NCBI GenBank assembly: GCA_038880255.1
Contig: JAVZSA010000004.1
Span: 1 to 62,879 of the forward strand
Direction of reading: 5' to 3'
Origin: Thermoplasmata archaeon
GTDB lineage: Archaea > Thermoplasmatota > Thermoplasmata > Thermoplasmatales > ARK-15
DNA length: 62,879 nucleotides
In this document: positions 28,971 to 38,987 of the stretch, piece after piece
Layout of the letters: every line of letters begins with the position of its first letter
Position numbering within the stretch: position 1 is the first letter of the stretch
Position numbers and translations under genes: made by a program
The notes under the pieces: model-generated
What the model saw: only the letters and a program-made list of their open reading frames with translations
Databases searched by the model: none
Told to the model about the DNA's origin: nothing

Positions 28971-30082
28971 TATTGATGAGAGAAAAATATCTGATAGCAC
29001 ACGTATTTTTCTTTTCATTTGGTTATAGTATGTTGAGCTTCGAATTACCTCCATTTCTCACATTACTTGGAGCAAATCAATTTTATCTTGGTGAAATGGG
29101 ATTTTTACTTATGCTTCCAAATATTCTCTTGCCAATTCTTTTTTTTAGAATTAGTGATCTTAAAATTGTATATAGATTAATAGTTATATCCGTTTTAATT
29201 ACAGATTTTTCAATTCTATTTTTTTATTTTATAAAATCGTTGGAAATATTACTTTTTTTAATCCTTTTAATTGGAGTTGGTCAGTTTATATGGTGGATTA
29301 CTACCGAAATATTTTTCTCAAATCTTTCACGGGACTCAAAACTTATAAATATTTACAGTTCAATATGGGGTATTGCATATTTTATTGCACCGTTGGTTAG
29401 TTCCTATTTTATTTCAATCTTTGGATATGGTTCTAACTTAATCTTTTCCTTTTTAATTATATTCTTTTCTTTAGTATTATTGATTTCTTATAGACCAAAA
29501 CAATATAAAATTATTGAACAAACTTTTAATAATGGAAAAAAAATTTTTGTAGATTCCTTTTTTCCAAGTTTTGGAGTTGGCCTAGTATTTTCAATTTTTT
29601 ATTCAATTTTTCCTGGATTTTTATTTAAAAATGGATATTCAATATTATTGCTTGGAATTATAATTACTGCATCATCACTCACAAGATTGATTGGATTTTT
29701 TCTGGTAATAAACTTGAGGGATGTTAAAAATATGGAAAGAATTATGAAATTTTCATTTCTTCTTTTATTATTCATTATTTTTCCATTCTTTACATTGAAT
29801 TTTTTTGTAATCCTAATAATGGCCCTAGTTATAGGTTTTGGAAGCTCAGTTGGTATATCAATACCACTAATTTATATTTCAAAAAAGAAAGATTCAGATA
29901 TAAGTAAGAACATTGCAATTTATGAATTATCCTTTGGGGCCAGCGTATCAATATTTTCATTATTTTTAGGTTGGATATCACAAAATTATGGAAACAAAAC
30001 TCCTTATCTTATTGATTTTATAATTGTACTTATTGTATCATTTATTTATATTTATTTAAAAAGTAAGGAAAAGAATATTTAA
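28967..30082 (+). CDS. MFS transporter
   Basis: About 12 hydrophobic segments in two halves; coupled to the hydantoinase genes. Confidence 0.8.
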   Translation: MILMREKYLIAHVFFFSFGYSMLSFELPPFLTLLGANQFYLGEMGFLLMLPNILLPILFFRISDLKIVYRLIVISVLITDFSILFFYFIKSLEILLFLILLIGVGQFIWWITTEIFFSNLSRDSKLINIYSSIWGIAYFIAPLVSSYFISIFGYGSNLIFSFLIIFFSLVLLISYRPKQYKIIEQTFNNGKKIFVDSFFPSFGVGLVFSIFYSIFPGFLFKNGYSILLLGIIITASSLTRLIGFFLVINLRDVKNMERIMKFSFLLLLFIIFPFFTLNFFVILIMALVIGFGSSVGISIPLIYISKKKDSDISKNIAIYELSFGASVSIFSLFLGWISQNYGNKTPYLIDFIIVLIVSFIYIYLKSKEKNI

Positions 30083-30106
30083 ATAAAGGTAACATAATTT
30101 AACTTT

Positions 30107-30304
30107 ATGAAAAAAAATCAAAAATGCGATGTTCAAGGATGCAATAATGATGCGGTAAAAACTGTACCTGGAGAAAAGGCTAAAAATATATTTTCATTAA
30201 ATGGCAACTTAAAGAGAGTACATCTATGCAAAGAACATTATAAAGAATACAAGAAAAAAACAAAAAAAGATAGAGAAATTGAAAGGTTAGGATGGGTAAA
30301 GTAA
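30107..30304 (+). CDS. Small basic zinc-finger-like protein
   Basis: CDVQGC...LCKEHYKEYKK..K.DR..ERL (C-x4-C ... C-x2-H), resembling small conserved archaeal proteins; TATA-like TTTAAATA about 30 nt upstream. Confidence 0.75.
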   Translation: MKKNQKCDVQGCNNDAVKTVPGEKAKNIFSLNGNLKRVHLCKEHYKEYKKKTKKDREIERLGWVK

Positions 30305-30726
30305 TGACTTTATTAATTTCTATAAAAAGTTTTACATTGTTTATAGACTTTTATAAATTAAATATAAATGAAAGGGATAAAAAGAATTACAGAATGCTTT
30401 TTTATATTTTTGATTTGCAGTTTCTCTTAATTTTTTTAATTTTTGAACTTATTAACTATTGTAAATTTTTTGGCCAAATTTTTAAAAAAACATTTTTTAT
30501 TTTTCCATCTTATACTTTATTTTGGTATTCAAATAATATTAGTGAAAAAAAGATTAAATTGGAATATGTTAGAAAAATATTCATAAATTTCAATTATATT
30601 ATGTTTTTAAGGAGATATATAAAATTTTTAAAAATATTCTTATTGGATTATAAAATTAATATTTTTAAAAATTATTTTATTAGGAGTTTTAATACCTTGA
30701 AATTTTTTGGTGATAAATATGGTTGA
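30304..30726 (+). CDS. Possible AT-rich ORFan (140 aa)
   Basis: ATG overlaps the upstream stop (TAATG) and its own stop overlaps the hef start; fills the whole gap, but composition is F/I/K/L/N/Y-biased. Confidence 0.35.
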   Translation: MTLLISIKSFTLFIDFYKLNINERDKKNYRMLFYIFDLQFLLIFLIFELINYCKFFGQIFKKTFFIFPSYTLFWYSNNISEKKIKLEYVRKIFINFNYIMFLRRYIKFLKIFLLDYKINIFKNYFIRSFNTLKFFGDKYG

Positions 30727-32284
30727 TGATAAATCCTTTATAGAGCACCCTCTCATAAAAAAAAATACACTTGAGAAGAGGGAATATCAATTAATGATTT
30801 CAAATGAAATATTATCAAGAAGAGAAAATACGTTGGTGGTACTACCAACTGGTGTAGGAAAGACAGAGATTGCTATAATTATAATTGCTGAGATATTACT
30901 AAAAGAAGGACCAAAAGTGCTTTTTCTTGCTCCAACAAGACCTCTTGTTCTTCAACATAGAGATAGGCTTATTAAATATCTTAAGGAAGAAAAGATTGCA
31001 TCACTTACTGGAAATATTAAACCTGAGGAAAGAAGTATTTTATGGAAAGAAAATAACATATTGGTAAGTACGCCACAAGTAATTAAAAATGATATAATAT
31101 CTGGCATTATTAATCCTAAAGATGTTAAACTTTTAATAGTGGATGAAGCACATAGATCTGTGGGAAAATACGCCTATACTTTTGTAACACAGGAATGTAA
31201 TGAATCTCTAATTGTCGGTCTCACAGCATCTCCTGGGGCTAAACTAGAAAGAATTGAAGAAATAATGAAACATTTAAACATAAAAAAATTTCAAATAAAA
31301 AGTGAATTTGATGAGGATGTTAAACCTTATGTTCATCCAATAAAACTTGAACCAATAATGCTAGATTTCCCAGATGAATTTGAACCATTGAGAGAAAAAT
31401 TAAAAGAACTTTTAAACGCACTTATCCAAGATTTATTAAAAAAATACCCTGACTTAAAGATTAATTCTAAAATAACTAAAAAGTTGATACTTGAAATGCA
31501 AAAAGCATTTTCTGAGATGATAGAAAAGGGTATGAAGTCTTATTATGAAGGGCTATCATTACTTGCAATGGCATTAAAAGTTGAGATAGCTCTTGAATAT
31601 CTTGAAACACAAGGAATACAGACTTGCCATGAATATTTAGAACAACTTGTACAGATGGGAAAAATAGAAGACGCAAAAAGAACAGATGTAAGACTCAACA
31701 AATTACGCGGATTTCAAGAGGCTGTAATAATGGCTAGGGAAATTTCAAAAATTAATTTAATTTCACCAAAATTAAAAAAAATTGAAGAACTAGTAAAGGA
31801 TCAGCTTGAGAAAAATAAACAATCTAGAATAATAATTTTTACAAATTATAGAAATGTTAATCAAGACATTTATGAAATGTTAAAGAATTTAAGAGATGTT
31901 AGACCTTCTAGATTTTTAGGACAAAGTGACAGAGGAGGGGATAAAGGTATGAAACAGGAAGAACAAGAGGAAATATTGAAAAAATTTAAGGAAAATGAAA
32001 TAAATGTTTTAATTTCTACCCAAATAGGAGAAGAGGGTCTTGATATACCTGAAACTGATCTTGTAATTTTCCATGAACCAGTGAGTTCAGAAATAAGAAA
32101 TATACAAAGGAGAGGAAGAACCGGTAGAGCTAGGCCTGGTAGGGTGGTAATATTGGTTTATAAAAATACTATAGATGAAATTATGTTTTACGCGGGAATT
32201 AAAAAAGAAAAAAAGATGAGACAAAGAATAACACAATTAAATAAAAAGAAAAAGGGCCAATATTCCTTACTCGATTTTCAATGA
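30719..32284 (+). CDS. hef: Hef/FANCM-like SF2 helicase lacking the ERCC4 nuclease domain
   Basis: EKREYQ, LPTGVGKT, PTRPLV.QH, DEAH, LTASPG, EEGLDIP, QRRGRTGR; C-terminal PIP-like QYSLLDF; ATG 30719 follows GGTGA. Confidence 0.9.
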   Translation: MVDDKSFIEHPLIKKNTLEKREYQLMISNEILSRRENTLVVLPTGVGKTEIAIIIIAEILLKEGPKVLFLAPTRPLVLQHRDRLIKYLKEEKIASLTGNIKPEERSILWKENNILVSTPQVIKNDIISGIINPKDVKLLIVDEAHRSVGKYAYTFVTQECNESLIVGLTASPGAKLERIEEIMKHLNIKKFQIKSEFDEDVKPYVHPIKLEPIMLDFPDEFEPLREKLKELLNALIQDLLKKYPDLKINSKITKKLILEMQKAFSEMIEKGMKSYYEGLSLLAMALKVEIALEYLETQGIQTCHEYLEQLVQMGKIEDAKRTDVRLNKLRGFQEAVIMAREISKINLISPKLKKIEELVKDQLEKNKQSRIIIFTNYRNVNQDIYEMLKNLRDVRPSRFLGQSDRGGDKGMKQEEQEEILKKFKENEINVLISTQIGEEGLDIPETDLVIFHEPVSSEIRNIQRRGRTGRARPGRVVILVYKNTIDEIMFYAGIKKEKKMRQRITQLNKKKKGQYSLLDFQ

Positions 32285-34840
32285 TTTTGAAGGCATAAAA
32301 TTATATTTCTTGAATCTTTTTTCCATTTTTTCTATATTGATATTTATTGTCCTAATTCTTTCACCATTAATTATGATTCTTTCTCCTTCCTCACAGTAAC
32401 CTGAATCTAGGAGTGTTTTTTTCACCACTCTTTCTAGATCTTTATAATTTTTATATTTTTCAGAATATTCCCTTAAAGCATCCGAAATTCTTTTTGGAGT
32501 AGTAATTAATTTGCCAGAATAATTAAGACATATTCCAGAAATATCTTCTAATAATTTATAATGAGGATCTATGGATAAAAATTCATCCAATGTAAAGCAA
32601 TTATTACAATTTATTTTTTTCACAGTAAAAATTGATATCCCATCGTTAACTGTTTCTGGGTTTATATAAACATTAAATTTTTGTTGATAGATGTTAGGTA
32701 TCATAGGTATGCATCTAAGTATTAATGGATCCTTATTTTCAATCCTCACAATATTTCCCATAGAAAGTAGTTTATCAATCACTTTTCCTTCAATTCCCTG
32801 AAATACTTTTTCTTTTATATCCAAATAATTATTTTTAATAATTTCTTTTATATATTCATTATTTTTGTATTCTGATGTTAGATCATAAATACTTCTTAAA
32901 TTTTCCTCATTTTTTTCAAGATGTAGATATTCTAACAATTTAAGATCAAATATTATTTCAACATTAAAATCTTTATCTCTTACATAATCTTTTGATTTTT
33001 CAATAAGGATTTCCTTATTCTTTTTATCTAATAAAAAATTTTTTTCTATTTTCATAAAATCAGAGAATACCATTGATTTTACATATGCTGTACCTTTTCC
33101 CATAAAAATTAATTTATCCTTTTCTATTGAAAATTTTTCCGAAAAATCGATTGCATCTGAAGGTGAAAGCCTAAAGAGTGCATAGTTTTTAGTATTTGCC
33201 ATTATATTTTCTTTTATTTTTTGGGAAACTGTTGAAAGATGTGTGGTAACCATAAATAGATTAAGATTTTCCTTCCTACCTAAAATTAGCATATCATCAA
33301 ATGATGAATTGTAGTATTCTTGAAATTCATCACAAAAAATAAATGTAGATCCCTTATCCTTTCTTCCTTGAATATAAATCCAAAACATTGTTAAAATTGT
33401 TGAAAGTATAAATGTCGAAACTTTATCCCCTACTTTTCCCCTTTCTCCATTAACAAGAATTATTTTTCCTTCTCTTATTGAATCATAAAATGAAAATTTC
33501 GGATTTCTGCTACAAAACATTTTATTGAGAATTTTGTTATATTTTATGAAAGATAGTGTCCTTCTTGTACTTGATATATCCTCTGATGTAAAATTGTCTA
33601 AATTATCGAGAAATTCAATAAATTCATCATTTGAAGAGATTTTTTTAAAATACTTTCTTATCTCTATATTTGTTATTATTGAATAAATATCTGTCAGTGT
33701 TGATCCTTTTATCTCAGCAAGACCATAAATAGAATTTCTCATTATTTCTTCTATTCTACTTCCTATTAGACCACCTTGTATTCCAGATTCTGCCTCTGTC
33801 ACATTTCTTAACATTTGAATTATATCTTCAGCAAGTCTTGAAATGGCTAAATCTTTATTTATGTAATTTGGCATTTCAAGCAAATTCATGGAAACTAAAG
33901 ATTCCACAGGATCTATGTAAACAACTTTTTCCATTATTTTAGGGTTAAGTGATCCAATAATCCTTTCAACAGAATCACCTGTTGGATCTAAGAAAAGTAT
34001 TGGTACTCCACTATTTATTATATTAAGAAAAATAGAAATTAGCAATGTACTTTTTCCAGAACCTGTTTCACCTATAATAAGCATACTTTGACCTTCTTCC
34101 TTTAAAAGATGCAATTTACAGGAAACATTATTTTTTAGAGATTTACCTATTACAATATCTCCATATATATTCTTTATTTTACTCTGATATTCAGATTTCA
34201 TGCCTAAACCATATTTTATTAATGTAGCTTCAGGATAGGGTAAAAATAGTGATGAATTATTTCCATCAATATATCCTGCAAATCCACTTACCTTTTTCTT
34301 TTTTATCCAATATGTATTTTCAATATAGCCCTTTATTAAATTCAAAAGATCTTCAATAACGTACCCATTTTTAAATGCAACAACAATTCTAATTGATAGA
34401 AAATCTGGGTTTAATATTCTGTTAAAAAATTCTATAACAAGAATGAATGAAGCATTTTGTAAAGCAATACTATATCCAAGAATGTATTCCAATAAGTCAA
34501 CATCCTTTGTTTTTACTTTTAATTTTTCTTTCCTCTTTATAGGCCTGAATTGGAAAACATCATTGAATTTTGATACATCAATTTTATCCACATTCTCAAA
34601 AAATATATTTTCATAGATTGTGTTTAAAGTTTCAATATCAGGATCCCCTGAAAAATAGAAATTTATTGACCAATCTTCAAAAATGATTATTAATTTTATA
34701 TTTTTTTGGGAATTAAGAAGAAATGAAAAGTATATAGATGATAAGGAAAAATGTTTTAATTTTTCTTTATTTGTCCAATTTGGGAATAATATTCTATATT
34801 TTTTACCTTCATTTATATACTCCTCTAATGTCCTCCCCAC
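32267..34840 (-). CDS. VirD4/TraG/HerA-superfamily P-loop ATPase (type IV coupling-protein-like)
   Basis: MLIIGETGSGKS Walker A, FLDPTGD, VYIDP....SMNLLE, FIFCDEFQ Walker B, GRKENL, FRLS..DA. Confidence 0.8.
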   Translation of the reverse strand: MGRTLEEYINEGKKYRILFPNWTNKEKLKHFSLSSIYFSFLLNSQKNIKLIIIFEDWSINFYFSGDPDIETLNTIYENIFFENVDKIDVSKFNDVFQFRPIKRKEKLKVKTKDVDLLEYILGYSIALQNASFILVIEFFNRILNPDFLSIRIVVAFKNGYVIEDLLNLIKGYIENTYWIKKKKVSGFAGYIDGNNSSLFLPYPEATLIKYGLGMKSEYQSKIKNIYGDIVIGKSLKNNVSCKLHLLKEEGQSMLIIGETGSGKSTLLISIFLNIINSGVPILFLDPTGDSVERIIGSLNPKIMEKVVYIDPVESLVSMNLLEMPNYINKDLAISRLAEDIIQMLRNVTEAESGIQGGLIGSRIEEIMRNSIYGLAEIKGSTLTDIYSIITNIEIRKYFKKISSNDEFIEFLDNLDNFTSEDISSTRRTLSFIKYNKILNKMFCSRNPKFSFYDSIREGKIILVNGERGKVGDKVSTFILSTILTMFWIYIQGRKDKGSTFIFCDEFQEYYNSSFDDMLILGRKENLNLFMVTTHLSTVSQKIKENIMANTKNYALFRLSPSDAIDFSEKFSIEKDKLIFMGKGTAYVKSMVFSDFMKIEKNFLLDKKNKEILIEKSKDYVRDKDFNVEIIFDLKLLEYLHLEKNEENLRSIYDLTSEYKNNEYIKEIIKNNYLDIKEKVFQGIEGKVIDKLLSMGNIVRIENKDPLILRCIPMIPNIYQQKFNVYINPETVNDGISIFTVKKINCNNCFTLDEFLSIDPHYKLLEDISGICLNYSGKLITTPKRISDALREYSEKYKNYKDLERVVKKTLLDSGYCEEGERIIINGERIRTININIEKMEKRFKKYNFMPSKSLKIE

Positions 34841-35582
34841 CTTCCCTCCCCCTAATATAGGAAATTATATCTTTTAATCTTATTTTATAATCATTAAATT
34901 TTTCAATAAGTGTACCTGTTACAATTATATCTGCACCTGCTTCAATGAGTGCCTTCACCGATTCTTTATCCCTAATGCCACCACCAACAATTACAGGTAT
35001 TATTACTTCATTCTTTATTGCCTTTATCAATTCTGGAGGTACATGATTAGGAGCACCTGATCCAGCTTCCAAATAAACCAATTTCATTCCAAGAAATTGC
35101 GCTGCTAAAGCATATGAAACAGCATTTTTTATATCATCTCTCTTTATCAAAATTGCTTTACCTACTTTACCCACAGTCATCCCTGGTTCAACAACTATAT
35201 AGCCCATTGGAATTGTTTCAATACCTATCTTTTTAATTAAAAGAGCAGCCTTTACCTGGTTACCTATTATGAAATCTCTATCTGAAGAGTTGAGCATACT
35301 CATAAAATATATTGCATCCGCATGTTTGGAAATACTTTGTAATCCATTTGGAAATATTATTACTGGAATTTTTACATTGCTTTTTATTTCTTTGAGTGTT
35401 TCATCCATAAGTTCTGGAGTGATATTTGTAGATCCTCCTACCATTATTGCATCAGTTCCCAAATTTTCTACTTCAATTGAAAGTTTTTTAGACTCTTCTG
35501 GGCTTTGCTTTGCTGGATCTATCAATGTAAAATGCATTTTTCTTTTCTTTAATGTTTCTAATATATACTCTAAGACCTTCAT
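34809..35582 (-). CDS. Geranylgeranylglyceryl phosphate synthase (GGGPS)
   Basis: HFTLIDP, IMVGGS, YLEAGSGA, VGGGIR, IVTGT. Confidence 0.95.
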   Translation of the reverse strand: MKVLEYILETLKKRKMHFTLIDPAKQSPEESKKLSIEVENLGTDAIMVGGSTNITPELMDETLKEIKSNVKIPVIIFPNGLQSISKHADAIYFMSMLNSSDRDFIIGNQVKAALLIKKIGIETIPMGYIVVEPGMTVGKVGKAILIKRDDIKNAVSYALAAQFLGMKLVYLEAGSGAPNHVPPELIKAIKNEVIIPVIVGGGIRDKESVKALIEAGADIIVTGTLIEKFNDYKIRLKDIISYIRGREGGEDIRGVYK

Positions 35583-36382
35583 GTTAATCCACCCACAATA
35601 AACGATAATAAAGCAATTATCATAGCGTATTTTGAATAAATTTCCCCTCTATGTGGATCCTTAAATTGAACAAGAATGGAAATAATAAATGCAATGTCAG
35701 CAAAGACCACAGAAATCACATAAAAAATACCAAAGTATCCCATAACATATGGTATTGGGGAAATTAATATGGCAACAACATAAAAAATCGACGAAATAAA
35801 TAAAGAATTGGTCTTACCAATTTTCTTTGGTAGCGTTACTCTATTAAAATCACCAGCCATATCTTCCACATCCTTAGTGATTTCCCTACCAAACGTAGCA
35901 AAAAATGCCGTTGTACCTAAGATCGCCGGTAATTCATATTTATTAAAAATTGATCCGGAAAATACGAAAAGTAATAGAAGTATAAAACTTATGTTAATGT
36001 TTCCAATTAGTCCCATCCTTTTTGTATATGATTCATATAAGTAAAGAAATATGATGGCTATTACATTTATAAAAAATGGTATTATACCAAGAAATATTGA
36101 TAAAAATAAACTTACGGAATATATTAAGGCCACATATATTAATGCTTGAGATTTTTTAATTTTGCCTGATGGAATTGGTCTTTCAGGATGGTTTATGAGA
36201 TCCACATCCGCATCATAATAATCGTTGAGAACATTACCCCCAGCATTTGTTAAAAATGCCACTAACATTCCAATTATTATAGGTATATAATTATAATTCC
36301 TTACTGCTAACGCTACAATAATTACAACTATACTTGACATTATGCCATTGATTGGCCTTATTATCTGTAACCACTCTTTCAT
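35579..36382 (-). CDS. Digeranylgeranylglyceryl phosphate synthase (UbiA family)
   Basis: IIRPIN, NDYYDADVDLINHPERPIPSG, REITKDVEDMAGD, TLP. Confidence 0.92.
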   Translation of the reverse strand: MKEWLQIIRPINGIMSSIVVIIVALAVRNYNYIPIIIGMLVAFLTNAGGNVLNDYYDADVDLINHPERPIPSGKIKKSQALIYVALIYSVSLFLSIFLGIIPFFINVIAIIFLYLYESYTKRMGLIGNINISFILLLLFVFSGSIFNKYELPAILGTTAFFATFGREITKDVEDMAGDFNRVTLPKKIGKTNSLFISSIFYVVAILISPIPYVMGYFGIFYVISVVFADIAFIISILVQFKDPHRGEIYSKYAMIIALLSFIVGGLT

Positions 36383-36498
36383 TTTATTATAGTAATATTT
36401 TATTAAACATTAATATTTCGATTTATTTTTATTATATTGATTTTATTTATTAAAAAAATTTTATTTTAATTTTTTTAATCACTTTAATTCTTAAATTT

Positions 36499-37254
36499 TT
36501 ATAACTCAATTCTTTTACCTGAAGAGAGTCTAGTATATTTACCCAAGTCTGACATATTCAATAGATCTTTAAGACTAAAAACAGGACCATCCCTACATAC
36601 TCTATAGCCATTTATTGTACATGAGTCACATATGCCAATACCACATTTCATTATTCTTTCTAAACTAGCCTGAAATTTTATATTATTCTTAATAGAATAA
36701 TCCATTATACTTTTAACCATTTTTTCAGGTCCGCATGCATAAATAATATCGGATTTTAAAGGTAATCCATCCGAAACAATACCCTTTTTTCCCATTGACC
36801 CATCCTCAGTAAAAATTAATAATTCATCCAAAAAATTTTGCAATCTTTTTACAAAATAAATTTCTTTTATACTTTTTGCACCCAAAATTAATCTCTTTCT
36901 TTTAAATTTAGATATTTCTATAAAAGGTGCAAGGGAGGATATTCCCGTTCCACCCGCCACAAATAATGCTTCATCACCCTCCTCAAAATAATGGGAACCG
37001 TAAGGTCCTCTAATATAAATATAGTCACCTTCGTTCAGCAAAGATAGTGATTTTGTTCCATTCCCTATTACCTTAAATGTGATTCCTTTAATTTCATTAA
37101 CAAAGGAAAAACTCATAGGTATTTCATCAATACCAGGAATCCATATCATACCAAATTGTCCGGGGTATACATCTTTTTCATATTTAAAAAGCAAAGTATA
37201 AATATTTTCATTTTCCTTTATTTTTTTATCTATTTTTATTCTTTCATAATTCAT
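36499..37254 (-). CDS. pyrK: Dihydroorotate dehydrogenase electron transfer subunit
   Basis: PGQF, RGPYG, AGGTG, ACGP, ERIMKCGIGICDSC, VCRDGPVF. Confidence 0.94.
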   Translation of the reverse strand: MNYERIKIDKKIKENENIYTLLFKYEKDVYPGQFGMIWIPGIDEIPMSFSFVNEIKGITFKVIGNGTKSLSLLNEGDYIYIRGPYGSHYFEEGDEALFVAGGTGISSLAPFIEISKFKRKRLILGAKSIKEIYFVKRLQNFLDELLIFTEDGSMGKKGIVSDGLPLKSDIIYACGPEKMVKSIMDYSIKNNIKFQASLERIMKCGIGICDSCTINGYRVCRDGPVFSLKDLLNMSDLGKYTRLSSGKRIEL

Positions 37255-38168
37255 TTTCTCACCGCTAATCCTGAAAAATCATCAATTTTTTCATATCCTT
37301 CACTTTTCATATAATTTTCAATCCCTTCATTTATTTCTTTAAAAATATTAAATCCTTTATAATATATACCACTACCTACCTGAACTGCATTTGCACCTGA
37401 AAGTATATATTCAACAGCGTCCTCCCAGCTCAAAATTCCTCCTACACCAATTATAGGAATTTCCATTTCCTTTCTTACATCATATACAGCTCTAAGACCT
37501 ATTGGTTTTATTCCTGGGCCTGAATATCCCCCATATATATTGGAGAGAATTGGCATTTTTGCATAAATATCTATTGCAATACCCTTTACAGTATTTATTA
37601 AAACAAGTGCATCTGCCTTAGATGCAGCCTTTGCAATATCAACTATATTGGTGATATTTGGAGTTAATTTTGCAAAAACAGGAATTTTTGTTACCTTTTT
37701 AACTTCATTTACTATTTCTTCCACAGCATTTGGATCTTGTCCGAGTTCTGATCCCATCCCTTTAACATGTGGGCATGAAAGATTTAATTCAATACCATCT
37801 ACTCCAAATTCTTCCATTTTTTTGGCTAAGATCGGATATTCTTCGACTTTTCCAAATATTGACCCTATAATTGGAATCTTTGCATCTTTTACCCTCTTAA
37901 TTTCTTCTTTAAAATTTTCAATCCCTGGATTTGAAAGACCAATAGCATTTAATAATCCTGTCTGAAGTATTGCCACTGTTGGATTTTCATAACCTTTTCT
38001 TTCATTAATGCCTATCGATTTTGTTACAACACCTCCAGCACCTTCCTTCACTGCTCTTATCATTGAATCCCCCTGTTCATCCATTATTCCACTCGCAAGA
38101 ATTACAGGGTTTTTGAATTTTATTCCTGAAATTATTACTTCCAACATATGAAACATAATGAATATCAT
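37251..38168 (-). CDS. pyrD: Dihydroorotate dehydrogenase family 1B, catalytic subunit
   Basis: KNPVILASG, NAIGLSNPG, ELNLSCPH, KLTPN, INT, GGYSG, GVGGI; true start may be ATG 38147. Confidence 0.95.
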   Translation of the reverse strand: MIFIMFHMLEVIISGIKFKNPVILASGIMDEQGDSMIRAVKEGAGGVVTKSIGINERKGYENPTVAILQTGLLNAIGLSNPGIENFKEEIKRVKDAKIPIIGSIFGKVEEYPILAKKMEEFGVDGIELNLSCPHVKGMGSELGQDPNAVEEIVNEVKKVTKIPVFAKLTPNITNIVDIAKAASKADALVLINTVKGIAIDIYAKMPILSNIYGGYSGPGIKPIGLRAVYDVRKEMEIPIIGVGGILSWEDAVEYILSGANAVQVGSGIYYKGFNIFKEINEGIENYMKSEGYEKIDDFSGLAVRK

Positions 38169-38435
38169 TCAATTTAATGTTTTCTTAAAAAATTAATTAA
38201 TACAGTAATAATAAAAAGTTTGCATTAATTGCTAATTGAATAATATTCTAAAATATTCAAATTTGACGATTATGTCAATCTAGAATAATTGTTATTAAAA
38301 TAAAAATTTAAAATTTAGAAATAAATTAAATGAAAATTTTTAAATCCTCCTTAATAATATTAAATTTTATAATAAAAAGTTAAAGAAACAATATTTATAT
38401 TGTTTATATATTCAGGATTTGAAGAGTGATAAATC

Positions 38436-38987
38436 TTGAAAATAGTAGTTGGAGTTACAGGAGCATCCGGAACGATATATTCAATTAAATTAATTGAAAA
38501 ATTAGATGAAGAAATATATTTAATAATTTCTGAAAATGGAAAAAAAATTATGAAATTTGAAAATAATATTGATCCTGTAATATTAAAAAATAAGGTAAAA
38601 TATATTTTTGATGATAATGATCTTTTTGCACCTATTTCATCGGGAAGTTTTGTTTTTGATGCTATGGTAATAGTACCAGCTTCGATGAATACATTGGCGA
38701 AAATAGCCAATGGTATTTCGGATACATTAATCACAAGAGTGGCTTCAGTAGCTTTGAAAGAAAGGAGAAAAATTATAATGGTTCCTAGGGAAGCACCATT
38801 ATCCTCTATACATCTTGAAAATATGAAAAAACTATCAGATCTTGGCGTTATAATATTACCAGCATCCCCAGGTTTTTATCTTAAACCAAAATCAATAGAT
38901 GATCTTGTTGATTTTATAGTATTTAGAATTATGGATGAATTGGGTTTAAGTGGTGAGCATCCAAGATGGGGAAAAAATATGTATTAG
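38436..38987 (+). CDS. ubiX: Flavin prenyltransferase UbiX
   Basis: VGVTGASG, APISSGS, PASMNTL, LKERR, REAP, PASPGFY; TTG start after GAGTGA. Confidence 0.93.
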   Translation: MKIVVGVTGASGTIYSIKLIEKLDEEIYLIISENGKKIMKFENNIDPVILKNKVKYIFDDNDLFAPISSGSFVFDAMVIVPASMNTLAKIANGISDTLITRVASVALKERRKIIMVPREAPLSSIHLENMKKLSDLGVIILPASPGFYLKPKSIDDLVDFIVFRIMDELGLSGEHPRWGKNMY

